Of a DNA stretch of 64,000 nucleotides, positions 1-9,086 are shown one piece after another. Source of the stretch: Oceanispirochaeta sp. GTDB lineage: Bacteria > Spirochaetota > Spirochaetia > DSM-2461. Below the pieces are notes generated by a model. It ran no database searches and was not told where the DNA came from. It worked only from the letters and a program-made list of their open reading frames with translations. The translations under genes were made by a program, and so were the position numbers. The stretch covers positions 544,001 to 608,000 of the forward strand of contig CAXXOA010000001.1 in the NCBI GenBank assembly GCA_963666275.2, read 5' to 3'. Position 1 is the stretch's first letter; each line of letters begins with the position of its first letter.

Positions 1-903
1 TTACATCCTGCGAAAAAGAATAATATTCTTGGGCATGAATTTACTGGAGAGATTGTAGAACTGGGAGATGAAGTTCTCGGCTTCTCGGTTGGTGAACGTG
101 TTTTGATTGATCCGCATCCCGGTTGCGGAGTATGTGATGAGTGTCGAAGGGGATACCCGGATAACTGTATTCCCCTTTATGAAACCTGTGAAGAACCAGG
201 TCATCCAGATACCATAGGAATATTCTCTCCTGGCGCTTATACTAATTATGTTATCGTTCCCAGACAATCTCTTTATAAGATTGACCCTAAGGTACCTATC
301 AAAATAGCAGCGTTGGCTGAACCTTTGGCCTGTGTAATAAATGCAACTGACAAATTAAAGGTTCAGCCTGGTCAGAATGTTGTAATTTTAGGTGCAGGAC
401 CAATAGGTTTGCTGTTTACAATGATGATGAAGGCTAATGGAGCTTCAAAGATTATTGTCTCAGAACCTGCCGAATTCAGGAGGAATGCCGCTATTGAATG
501 TGGTGCGGATATAGTTGTTGATCCCCAAAAGGTAAATATTGAAGATGTTGTGGCAAATGAAATGGGTAAAGGTGCTGATATCTGTATAGAGGCTGTTGGA
601 CCTATGCTCCCACTTGCAATAATGCTGGTCAGAGCTGGGGGGAAGGTTTTACAATTTGGTCATGATGAAACAGTCAATCCTTCAATTCCTGTAGGAGTGA
701 TGCTTAAAAAGGAAGTTGAAATCTATGGGGCCTTCATAGGAAAACAGTCCTTTGAAAAAGCAGTAAGAGTAATGGAGAGTGGTAAACTCCCTCTTTCCAA
801 AGTCGTCTCACATGTGCTTCCTTTATCAGAAATTCATGATGGGATTGAATTACTTAGGAAAGGAGAGGGACTAAAGATCATTATTACGCCGGACGAACTT
901 TAA
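1..903 (+). CDS. Zn-dependent medium-chain alcohol/polyol dehydrogenase, 5' end outside window (candidate IolM-like step)
   Basis: Frame is open from base 1 (LHPAKKNNILGHEFTGEIV, GHE motif); structural Zn motif CGVCDECRRGYPDNC; ALAEPLAC; Rossmann GAGPIG. Confidence 0.9.
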   Translation, partial: LHPAKKNNILGHEFTGEIVELGDEVLGFSVGERVLIDPHPGCGVCDECRRGYPDNCIPLYETCEEPGHPDTIGIFSPGAYTNYVIVPRQSLYKIDPKVPIKIAALAEPLACVINATDKLKVQPGQNVVILGAGPIGLLFTMMMKANGASKIIVSEPAEFRRNAAIECGADIVVDPQKVNIEDVVANEMGKGADICIEAVGPMLPLAIMLVRAGGKVLQFGHDETVNPSIPVGVMLKKEVEIYGAFIGKQSFEKAVRVMESGKLPLSKVVSHVLPLSEIHDGIELLRKGEGLKIIITPDEL

Positions 904-919
904 AAATTTCAAATCTGAA

Positions 920-954
920 TATAGTTGCAGTTTATCTTTTGAGTTGCAACTATA
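920..954 (+). terminator. Stem-loop after dehydrogenase
   Basis: TATAGTTGCA...TGCAACTATA inverted repeat 17 nt after the stop; weak U tract. Confidence 0.45.
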
Positions 955-1769
955 CCTTTAATGTAATCAGATTCGAGATTTATAGGTTTCACTTTAAGTT
1001 GAAGTATAGCGGAAAGTATTTTATGTCATTGATTTTTACAGGGGAGTCTATAGTTTCTTTAAGATATTATCAGTTAATAATTCAAGAAAATATTGTTCCT
1101 GATTCGGTTTCCAGTAAATATTCTATCTCCTAATATTCATCAAAATAGTCGACATAGAAGTTTCTGAAAAGAACATGTATTTTGTGTTTGAAAAACTAAT
1201 GGTTTTGCAGAACAAAAAGGTCTTACCACAAAGGAGGCAAAATGAATAAGGAGGTAAATGTTCTACTTTTTAAACATATGCAGGAAATTGATCTTTTTAA
1301 CAAAAAATTCTCTGACCTGGATGGATAAGACGCATAGAATATAAAAAAAATCCACAAAAATGAGAACCTTATCATACCATAAACATGTATTCATATTTAT
1401 AAAATTGAAGATTATATTCGAGCGTCTAATGGTTATCTGGATACATTCCCTGTTTATTCTACAAATCTATACCTAAAAAAATAAGGCCTTTTACTATCTA
1501 ATAAGCGAATTTAAATTATAAAATTTAAAAAAAGAAATATATATATATCTATTAATAAAAGTATCAAGATGTACAATTTGCTAACAAAAGTGTAATAAGT
1601 CCGCATAAAGTATCTTTTTGGGTGGATCTTTGAGTTGATCTTTTGAAGTCCTCTCTAAAAAAAGGAAGGACATAATCCACAGTGAGGGAGTTTGATAGTA
1701 AGAAAAAATATCTGAATTCAATATTCTCATACAGTTCTTTTTTTTTGTCGTTGGATGTTGATATTTTGT

Positions 1770-1830
1770 TTGACAAATGTATGAAGAGTGGTAGTATATT
1801 ATTATAGTAAAAGTATGATCATCAGATGAT
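1770..1830 (+). promoter_or_regulatory. Sigma70-type promoter for the sugar ABC operon with downstream operator-like motif
   Basis: TTGACA 1770-1775, 16 nt, TGG-TAGTAT (TAGTAT 1792-1797); TATGATCATCAGATGAT 1814-1830. Confidence 0.55.
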
Positions 1831-1886
1831 GGGATGTGAAATAGTTGTTGATTTTCGATACTAACAGGAGTGTAGTTTTGTAAGGT

Positions 1887-1902
1887 GTGATAACGTTATC
1901 AC
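1887..1902. promoter_or_regulatory. LacI-family operator
   Basis: Perfect palindrome GTGATAACGTTATCAC with central CG, upstream of the ABC operon; LacI gene at 5783. Confidence 0.75.
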
Positions 1903-1972
1903 TTTTCTGATACTTCAGAATCATATTTTTGCTGTAAATAAAATCCATTTATTTTTCATTTAGGAGGAAAAA

Positions 1973-2899
1973 ATGAAAAAAGCGGTATTAATTGTTTTAT
2001 TTGTGCTGATAGCAATTGGAGGGACTTTTGCAAACGGACAGAAAGCTGATGATGGTAAGAAAACTATCGGATTCACTTTTCACAGCTCTCAGGTTGTTTT
2101 TCAGAATCTAATTAAAGAAGAGTTTGTTAAGGCGGCAGAAGCACAAGGTTATGAAGTAAAAGTTATTGATCCTTTGACAGATATTGAGAAGCAAAATTCA
2201 GCTGTAGAAACATTTGTTTCACTTGGAGTAGATGCTATCGTTACAAGTCCTTTGGATTACACTGGTTGTGTTCCTCAGGTTAAAGCTGCCAATGAAGCAG
2301 GTATCCCTCTTGTTGCAGTCAACTGTGAAGTGGATCCAGCTGCTGGAGATTTTACCTATGTGGGTTCTCTTAATTATGATGCAGGTGTTATTGAGGGTGA
2401 ACATTTTGCCAATGTACTTCCTGAGGGAGCAAAGATTGTATATTTGAGAGGAACAGAAGGTATGGAGCATACCAATGCAAGACGTGAAGGTGTTCAAGAT
2501 GCTCTCCTGGAGAAAAGACCGGATGTTGAACTCCTTGCCGAAATGACTGCCAACTATGCTCGATCTGAAGGAATGATGGTAATGGAGGACTGGATCCAAG
2601 CTTATCCCGAAATCGATGGTGTGCTAGCTGCTAATGATGAAATGGCTCTGGGTGCACTGGAAGCATTGAAGGGAGCAGGTATTGAGGGGGTTCTGCTTGG
2701 CGGAATTGATGGAACAGAAGAAGCTAAACAAAATGTTAAAAACGGTACATTTTCAATTACTGTTCTTCAGAATGCAAAGGGGCAGGCTGTTGAGGCTCTC
2801 AATGCTGCAATAAAAATGCTTAACGGAGAGTCTGTACCTGAAAGAGTTATTGTTCCTTTCGAACCTATCACCGCAGAGAATGTAGATTCCTACATGTAA
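1973..2899 (+). CDS. Sugar ABC transporter solute-binding protein (RbsB/CUT2 type)
   Basis: RBS AGGAGG, signal peptide ending FANGQ, NDEMALGA and GIDG motifs. Confidence 0.92.
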   Translation: MKKAVLIVLFVLIAIGGTFANGQKADDGKKTIGFTFHSSQVVFQNLIKEEFVKAAEAQGYEVKVIDPLTDIEKQNSAVETFVSLGVDAIVTSPLDYTGCVPQVKAANEAGIPLVAVNCEVDPAAGDFTYVGSLNYDAGVIEGEHFANVLPEGAKIVYLRGTEGMEHTNARREGVQDALLEKRPDVELLAEMTANYARSEGMMVMEDWIQAYPEIDGVLAANDEMALGALEALKGAGIEGVLLGGIDGTEEAKQNVKNGTFSITVLQNAKGQAVEALNAAIKMLNGESVPERVIVPFEPITAENVDSYM

Positions 2900-2924
2900 T
2901 TATCCAAGATTTAAAAAAACAACT

Positions 2925-2950
2925 ACCGGGGCAGTTCTTGTCCCGGTTTT
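2925..2950 (+). terminator. Intercistronic stem-loop after SBP gene
   Basis: ACCGGGGCAG-TT-CTTGTCCCGGT followed by TTT. Confidence 0.55.
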
Positions 2951-2994
2951 ATCAGAAATATATGGAATAACTTTGAATTTAAAGGAGGATCATC

Positions 2995-4506
2995 ATGAGC
3001 AGTAGCAATGAGTTTTTACTTGAAATGCGAAATATAGTAAAGACTTTCCCAGGCGTAAAAGCTGTAGATAATGTAACGCTGCGTGTTCGTCCGGGTACTG
3101 TTCACGCCCTTTGTGGTGAGAATGGAGCTGGGAAATCAACAATGATGAAGATTCTGGCAGGAGAATACAGTGCCAATCAGGGTGAAATATGGTTTGATGG
3201 GAAAAAGGTTGATATCAGAACAACCCAGGATGCTTTTGATGTCGGAGTATCAACTGTATATCAGGAATTGAATCTAGTAAGTGAAATGACAATAGCCGAG
3301 AATATGTTTCTCGGAAGAGAACCAAAAAAGAAAAACAAAATTTTTGTCGATGCCAATTATATTAACAAAGAAACTGAAAAATATCTGGAAGGTATTGGAT
3401 TAGTAGATTTCAATCCGAAAGATAAACTAAATAAAATGAGTGTATCTCAGCAGCAAATGGTAGAAATCGCAAAAGGGATTCATAGGGGCTCTAAACTTAT
3501 TGTGCTTGATGAACCGACATCTGCTATAACAGATACTGAAGTTGCAACACTCTTTAGATTAATTAATGAACTGAAAGCAAAAGGTATTACCTTTATATAT
3601 ATTTCTCATAAACTGGATGAAATATTTGAAATTACTGATGAAGTTACTGTTATGAGAGATGGTCAGTATGTTGATACTGTAGAAACAAAAGGGTTGTCAG
3701 AAAAATCTTTAGTTTCTCTGATGGTTGGTAGAGAGTTAACTCATTTATTTCCCAAAACAGCTGTAGAAATCGGAGATGTAGTCTTTGAAGCGAAAAACCT
3801 TACCAAGAAAGGTAAATTTAAAGATGTTTCTTTTAAGATTCGACGAGGAGAAATTGTAGGTTTATCAGGTTTGATGGGGGCTGGTAGAACTGAAGTCGCT
3901 AGAGCAATCTTTGGTTTAGATCCATTGGATTCCGGTGAGATGCTTTTAGATGGATTACCCTATGAGGCTCATAAAACAATTGATGCAATCCGTCATGGAA
4001 TTGCTTATGTACCTGAAGATCGGAAAGAGGTCGGACTATGTCTTGGGCGGCCTATCCTTGAGAATATTTCTCTTGCCAGTCTTGAGATGTTTTCAAGACA
4101 TGGGTTTCTAGATCTCAAATATGAGAGGCAGGAGGCTGAAGAAATTTCTAAACAGCTTCAGACGAAAACTCATAGTCTGGATGTTGATGTTAATACACTA
4201 TCAGGTGGCAATCAACAGAAAGTCGTACTCAGTAAATGGTTGATCAGGCCTTTAAAGGTATTAATACTCGATGAGCCCACAAGAGGTATTGATGTAGGAG
4301 CTAAATCGGAAATACATAAGCTGATGTGCAAGTTCGCAGCGAATGGTATGGCCGTCATTATGATTTCATCAGAACTACCGGAGATCCTTGGTATGAGTGA
4401 CAGAATACTAGTTATGCATGAAGGACAGTTTAAAGGCGAACTGAACCGTGAGGAAGCGACTCAGGAAAGTGTTATGACTTTAGCAACAGGAGGAAAAAAT
4501 GAATAA
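2995..4506 (+). CDS. Sugar ABC transporter ATPase (two NBDs, RbsA/MglA type)
   Basis: GENGAGKST, LDEPTS, LSGGNQQKV, LDEPTRGIDVGAK. Confidence 0.95.
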   Translation: MSSSNEFLLEMRNIVKTFPGVKAVDNVTLRVRPGTVHALCGENGAGKSTMMKILAGEYSANQGEIWFDGKKVDIRTTQDAFDVGVSTVYQELNLVSEMTIAENMFLGREPKKKNKIFVDANYINKETEKYLEGIGLVDFNPKDKLNKMSVSQQQMVEIAKGIHRGSKLIVLDEPTSAITDTEVATLFRLINELKAKGITFIYISHKLDEIFEITDEVTVMRDGQYVDTVETKGLSEKSLVSLMVGRELTHLFPKTAVEIGDVVFEAKNLTKKGKFKDVSFKIRRGEIVGLSGLMGAGRTEVARAIFGLDPLDSGEMLLDGLPYEAHKTIDAIRHGIAYVPEDRKEVGLCLGRPILENISLASLEMFSRHGFLDLKYERQEAEEISKQLQTKTHSLDVDVNTLSGGNQQKVVLSKWLIRPLKVLILDEPTRGIDVGAKSEIHKLMCKFAANGMAVIMISSELPEILGMSDRILVMHEGQFKGELNREEATQESVMTLATGGKNE

Positions 4507-5467
4507 AACAAGGGCTTTGCCCCAAAACTTTGTTATTAGTGCATTTCTGGCAAAATATGGATTTCTGGTAATTTTGGCAGTGATGGTAATAGCTTCTAGT
4601 TTATTAAGTCCGGCGTTCCTTACAGGGCGTAATATTATGAATGTACTAAGACAGATGTCAATCATAACAATTATAGGTTTTGGTGTGACTATGATTATTA
4701 TTACCGGAGGTATCGATCTTTCTCCCGGTTCGGTTGTAGCTCTTACTGGAGTTTTGGCAACAAGTATGTATGTACATACACAAAATATTTGGTTGGGTCT
4801 TATTGCAGGCTTGCTAGCTGGAGCTTTGGTAGGATTTACAAATGGTTTTTTTATCACTTATTTCAGTTTACCTCCTTTTATTGTGACATTGGCAATGATG
4901 ACAGGTGCTCGTGGGCTGGCTCTGTTGTTCACTGGCGGGTATCCTATTATTAATATTGGAGATTTCACAATTTTCGGCCAGGGATATACACTTGGCATTC
5001 CTAATCCGATTCTTATTATGCTGCTCGTTATGATTATTATTATGGTTCTTGTCAAACGGACTAGATTTGGGCGATATATATATGCAATTGGTGGAAATGA
5101 GACAGCAGCGATGGCTTCAGGTGTCAATGTTAGAGGGATAAAAATGGCTACTTATACCATTGCAAGTTCTCTGGTTGGTCTCTCCGGTGTTTTACTTATG
5201 TCTCGTATAAATTCTGGCCAGCCAGCAGCAGGTTTGATGTTTGAACTTGATGCTATTACATGTGCTGTTATTGGAGGTACATCTCTTTCCGGAGGTGTCG
5301 GTACTATTGCTGGTACTCTAGTAGGGGGGATCATTGTCGGAATCCTTCAAAATATACTTAATTTAACTAATGTTTCTCCTTACTGGCAACAGATACTTAA
5401 AGGTGCTGTAATTATGATTGCTGTAATTATGGATATTAAAACAAAAAGTGCAAAAACATCTTCTTAA
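4499..5467 (+). CDS. Sugar ABC transporter permease (RbsC type)
   Basis: GGIDLSPG, GRYIYAIGGNETAA, ELDAITCAVIGGTSLSGG. Confidence 0.95.
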   Translation: MNKTRALPQNFVISAFLAKYGFLVILAVMVIASSLLSPAFLTGRNIMNVLRQMSIITIIGFGVTMIIITGGIDLSPGSVVALTGVLATSMYVHTQNIWLGLIAGLLAGALVGFTNGFFITYFSLPPFIVTLAMMTGARGLALLFTGGYPIINIGDFTIFGQGYTLGIPNPILIMLLVMIIIMVLVKRTRFGRYIYAIGGNETAAMASGVNVRGIKMATYTIASSLVGLSGVLLMSRINSGQPAAGLMFELDAITCAVIGGTSLSGGVGTIAGTLVGGIIVGILQNILNLTNVSPYWQQILKGAVIMIAVIMDIKTKSAKTSS

Positions 5468-5635
5468 TGATTTTGTTGGTTTAGTAAATATAGCTTTTAC
5501 AGAAACTCTGTTTGTATTCTCTATACAGTTGTGGTGCTGAGGAAATTCGATTGTTTTGATTTTTTTATGGGACAATAGTATTTCTTTTTCATAAAAAATA
5601 TCCCCTGTGGGATAATGAGTAATCCTTCTTTTTGT

Positions 5636-5670
5636 TGGCCTGTCTGAAAGTTTTCAGGCAGGCCACTTTT
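5636..5670 (+). terminator. Intrinsic terminator
   Basis: TGGCCTGTCTGAAA-GT-TTTCAGGCAGGCCA then CTTTT. Confidence 0.7.
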
Positions 5671-5782
5671 AAGATATATGATATAATACTATACACAATA
5701 CAAAAGGTAAGTTTTTCTATTATTAAAAAATGATTGTTCTAAAATCTATATATTTTCGTGGGGAGAAAAGTACCGGTTAAAA

Positions 5783-6796
5783 ATGAATTATACGATAAAA
5801 GATATTGCAGAAAAAGCGGGGGTTTCCATTATGACAGTATCAAGAGTTATTAATAACTCCGGATATGTTTCAATGAAAACAAGGATCAAAGTAGAATCAG
5901 TATTAAAAGAAATGAACTATCAGCCGAATCTACTCGCAAGAAGTCTAATTAACAGAAAAAGCCATTTCATTTCCATAATTGTACCGGATATTTCTAATCC
6001 CTTTTACGCTGAGTTAACCAGGGGGGTAGAAGACATTACGATACAGGAAGGCTATGATCTTATTATAAGCAGTGCTCATATGAATAAAGATATGGAATTG
6101 AGGCAGATAGAGACAGCCAGAAGCCGAATGGCGGATGGTTTAATACTTGTCCTTCCGGAATTATCGGAAACTAAAATACTTGAAATGCAGAATAACATAC
6201 CCTTAGTAGTGGTTGATAAATATATTAAATCTAATGATATAAGTAAGATTTATCTGAAACAGGAGCTGGGTGCTTACCGGGCTGTCCAATATCTTCTTGA
6301 AATGGGGCATAGAAAAATCGCTTTTCTTTCCGGGTTATTAAATGTTCATAATAATAATGTCAGAAAAATGGGATATATTCATGCTCTTGAAGATAACAGA
6401 GTCCCTTTTGATAGTTCATTGATTTTAAACGGAGATTTTTCATTTGAAAGTGGGGAAAAAGCATTTAAAACTTATATGAATATGAAAAATGAAAATAGGC
6501 CGACAGCAATATTTTCCGCAAGTGATCTGATGGCTCTGGGTTTCATGAGGTGTGCTTATAGGCATAAGGTGAGAATCCCCGAAGATGTTTCCATCGTTGG
6601 TTTTGATGATATTCAGATCTCATCCATTATAACTCCTACCCTTACAACCGTTCGCCATCCATATCTACAAATGGGAAATGCTGCCAGCAAGCTTTTGATG
6701 TCCAAACTTGGAAAGAATGTATTGAACTCTACTATTCTCTCATTGAAAAATGAGCTTATAATCCGAGAATCTGTAAAAGATATCAAGAAAATATAA
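5783..6796 (+). CDS. LacI-family transcriptional regulator
   Basis: TIKDIAEKAGVSIMTVSRVIN HTH, YQPNLLARSL hinge, PEDVSIVGFDD, LTTV, IIRES. Confidence 0.95.
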   Translation: MNYTIKDIAEKAGVSIMTVSRVINNSGYVSMKTRIKVESVLKEMNYQPNLLARSLINRKSHFISIIVPDISNPFYAELTRGVEDITIQEGYDLIISSAHMNKDMELRQIETARSRMADGLILVLPELSETKILEMQNNIPLVVVDKYIKSNDISKIYLKQELGAYRAVQYLLEMGHRKIAFLSGLLNVHNNNVRKMGYIHALEDNRVPFDSSLILNGDFSFESGEKAFKTYMNMKNENRPTAIFSASDLMALGFMRCAYRHKVRIPEDVSIVGFDDIQISSIITPTLTTVRHPYLQMGNAASKLLMSKLGKNVLNSTILSLKNELIIRESVKDIKKI

Positions 6797-6895
6797 AGAT
6801 CCTATCAAGACATAAATGGCAACTCTGTTTCTTTTCTTTATTCTTCAGGACAAGCATTTATTGAGGCAGAAAGTCTGTAATCTGAGAATTATATC

Positions 6896-6955
6896 TTGAC
6901 AATTTCAGGATCCGATGTATGATCTAATCATATAAACATCATATGGTCAGATGAT
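6896..6955 (+). promoter_or_regulatory. Promoter and operator for iolN-iolO
   Basis: TTGACA 6896-6901, 16 nt, TATGAT 6918-6923; CATCATATGGTCAGATGAT 6937-6955. Confidence 0.65.
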
Positions 6956-6990
6956 AGTATGATAAGGATCACAAGTAAAGAGGTCAATGA

Positions 6991-8103
6991 ATGGAAGCAA
7001 AAGAAAAGAAGTGGCTCACCACAGATTATCCTGAAATCATTTTTGAAGATAACGAAGTCGGTAGACTGAAAAAAAAGATCTTCGACGCCCCCATGAATGA
7101 GATTGAGAAGATTCTGGAAGATTATGGGGTGGGAGCTGAGTCGGAACTGGGAAAAGCAGGATGCTATATCCAGAACACACCCCGAAAAGAAGCGATAGAA
7201 AAAAGAAAGAATAATGATGTTGTCCTTGTTCCAATTGGTTGTACGGAAAATCATGGCGATCATGCTAATACAGGTTTGGACACCTTTATGGTTACACAGA
7301 TCTGTGAAGCCGTGAGGAGAAAAACTGCAAAACAAGGAAGGGAAGTGAATCTTGCCTTTACTCCTATCAACTATGGAGGGCATCCCTATCACCACATGGG
7401 AATGCCCGGGACTATGATAATTCCCCCCGAGGTTGTAAGGGAAATGCTTATCTACACAATGTTGGGGCTTTGGAATGATGGATACCGGAAAATCATTCTT
7501 TTCAATAATCACGGACATCTATGGACTCTTGTCGATGCTATACAGGAGTTTATGAAACGTTTTCAGCTTCCTGCTGTCGTGCAGGTTATTGACTGGCATA
7601 GGGCCATTCGTGAGTTTTTCATGCCCATAGACAGGGAAGACTCTCTAACTACGAACTTTATCCATGCTGATGAGGCGGAAACCGCTGTGGGACTTCTGAT
7701 GTTCAAGGATATGATTAATATGGAATATGTTCGTGATGCGGAAGGAGAGAGGTTTCTCCCCGAAGGTCATTTTGACCTTTCGGTGGATCCGTATCGTCGC
7801 CCCCATAGATGGTCTGAAGGGGAAGGGCATATTGCCATTGAAAGATTCGCGACTCCCGAAGGTGTAGTTGGCGCTCCGAGTCGTGCTACAGCTGAGAAAG
7901 CTAAACGTCCTATTGCGGCTATCTGTGAGTATATGACCATGGTAGTCAATGATATTCTGGAAGCTTTCCCTCCTGGAAAAGTGCCTGAGAAAGTATCACT
8001 ACGTTCAGATGAAGAGTTAGCTCCTTTTCTGAAAGAACCCTGGACAGAAGGATGGAAGTCTGTTTATGAGCTGCCTCATATGGGACCGTTCCATAAGGGG
8101 TGA
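6991..8103 (+). CDS. iolN: Creatininase-family 3-dehydro-scyllo-inosose hydrolase
   Basis: PIGCTENHG, GLDT, YGGHPYHHMGMPGT, NNHGH, FIHADEAET, FLPEGH, PEGVVG match recalled Thermotoga IolN segments; adjacent to iolO. Confidence 0.8.
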   Translation: MEAKEKKWLTTDYPEIIFEDNEVGRLKKKIFDAPMNEIEKILEDYGVGAESELGKAGCYIQNTPRKEAIEKRKNNDVVLVPIGCTENHGDHANTGLDTFMVTQICEAVRRKTAKQGREVNLAFTPINYGGHPYHHMGMPGTMIIPPEVVREMLIYTMLGLWNDGYRKIILFNNHGHLWTLVDAIQEFMKRFQLPAVVQVIDWHRAIREFFMPIDREDSLTTNFIHADEAETAVGLLMFKDMINMEYVRDAEGERFLPEGHFDLSVDPYRRPHRWSEGEGHIAIERFATPEGVVGAPSRATAEKAKRPIAAICEYMTMVVNDILEAFPPGKVPEKVSLRSDEELAPFLKEPWTEGWKSVYELPHMGPFHKG

Positions 8104-8106
8104 AGA

Positions 8107-8928
8107 ATGAAATATTCAATGTGTTTATCAACAAATCCAGCAAAATTTGATGCAGTTCCCTTTAAAGGGAATTTTGAGACAAATGTAGGAAAAATATCAG
8201 AAATTGGTTTTGACGGTATTGAACTTGCTATTCGGGACCCGAAGTTAATTGATCAGGAACATATTCTTATGGTTCTAGAAAAGGAAGGCATGGCCGTGCC
8301 GGCAATAGGTACGGGGCAAGCCTGGGGAGAAGAAGGTTTATCATTTACAGATCCAGATGAACGTATACGTGTGAAAGCTATAGATAGAGTCATTTCTCAC
8401 ATAGATTTTGCTGAGAAATCTGGTGGAATCATCATTATAGGCCTGCTGAGAGGCATTACAAGATCTGATGTATCAAGAGATACTGCTTTCGACCAGATGC
8501 GGGAGGCTTTTAAGGTATGCTGTGCAAAAGCTGCTGTGAAAAATGTCAAAATTGCTTTTGAACCGATTAACCGTTATGAAACTTCGCTTCTAAATTCTGT
8601 TCGAGAAGGGTTGGATTTTATTGACGGGATTGGAGCAGAAAATCTGGGAATGCTGCTGGATACATTTCATATGAACATTGAAGAGCCTTCCATCTCTGAC
8701 AGTATCAGGCTTGCTGGTGATAGGATGTTTCATTTTCATTATGCCGATTCGAACAGATTATACCCTGGGTGTGGACATATAGATTTCCAGATCATTATGG
8801 AGACTCTTTCTCATATAGGTTATGACGGATTTGTTTCTGGTGAGCATAAAGCGGATCCTGCAGCCAGTATCTCCGCTCTAAGAGGGTTGGAGTATTTAAA
8901 AAGCATCGAAAAAAGATTGGTCGGATGA
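8107..8928 (+). CDS. iolO: 5-keto-L-gluconate epimerase (xylose isomerase-like TIM barrel)
   Basis: AKFDAVPFKG, IELAIRDP, AIGTGQAWGEEGLSFT, EPINRYET, DTFHMNIEE, ADSNRLYPGCGH. Confidence 0.8.
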   Translation: MKYSMCLSTNPAKFDAVPFKGNFETNVGKISEIGFDGIELAIRDPKLIDQEHILMVLEKEGMAVPAIGTGQAWGEEGLSFTDPDERIRVKAIDRVISHIDFAEKSGGIIIIGLLRGITRSDVSRDTAFDQMREAFKVCCAKAAVKNVKIAFEPINRYETSLLNSVREGLDFIDGIGAENLGMLLDTFHMNIEEPSISDSIRLAGDRMFHFHYADSNRLYPGCGHIDFQIIMETLSHIGYDGFVSGEHKADPAASISALRGLEYLKSIEKRLVG

Positions 8929-9086
8929 GAGAGTCCAATTAATGACTGAAGCTGTGCTCAACTAATCAGTATCTGAATAATAGTACTCTATTCAGAAGAG
9001 TTCTGATCATAGGCTACTTGTTCCAACTATTTAATAATACGTTGTGCGAAATAGTCAATCAAAGAATAAAGATGAGGAAAAATATT

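Noticed and set aside
1..903. Assigning iolM to the Zn dehydrogenase
   Set aside because: The gene is truncated by the window and shows only generic MDR motifs; context alone is insufficient for the symbol
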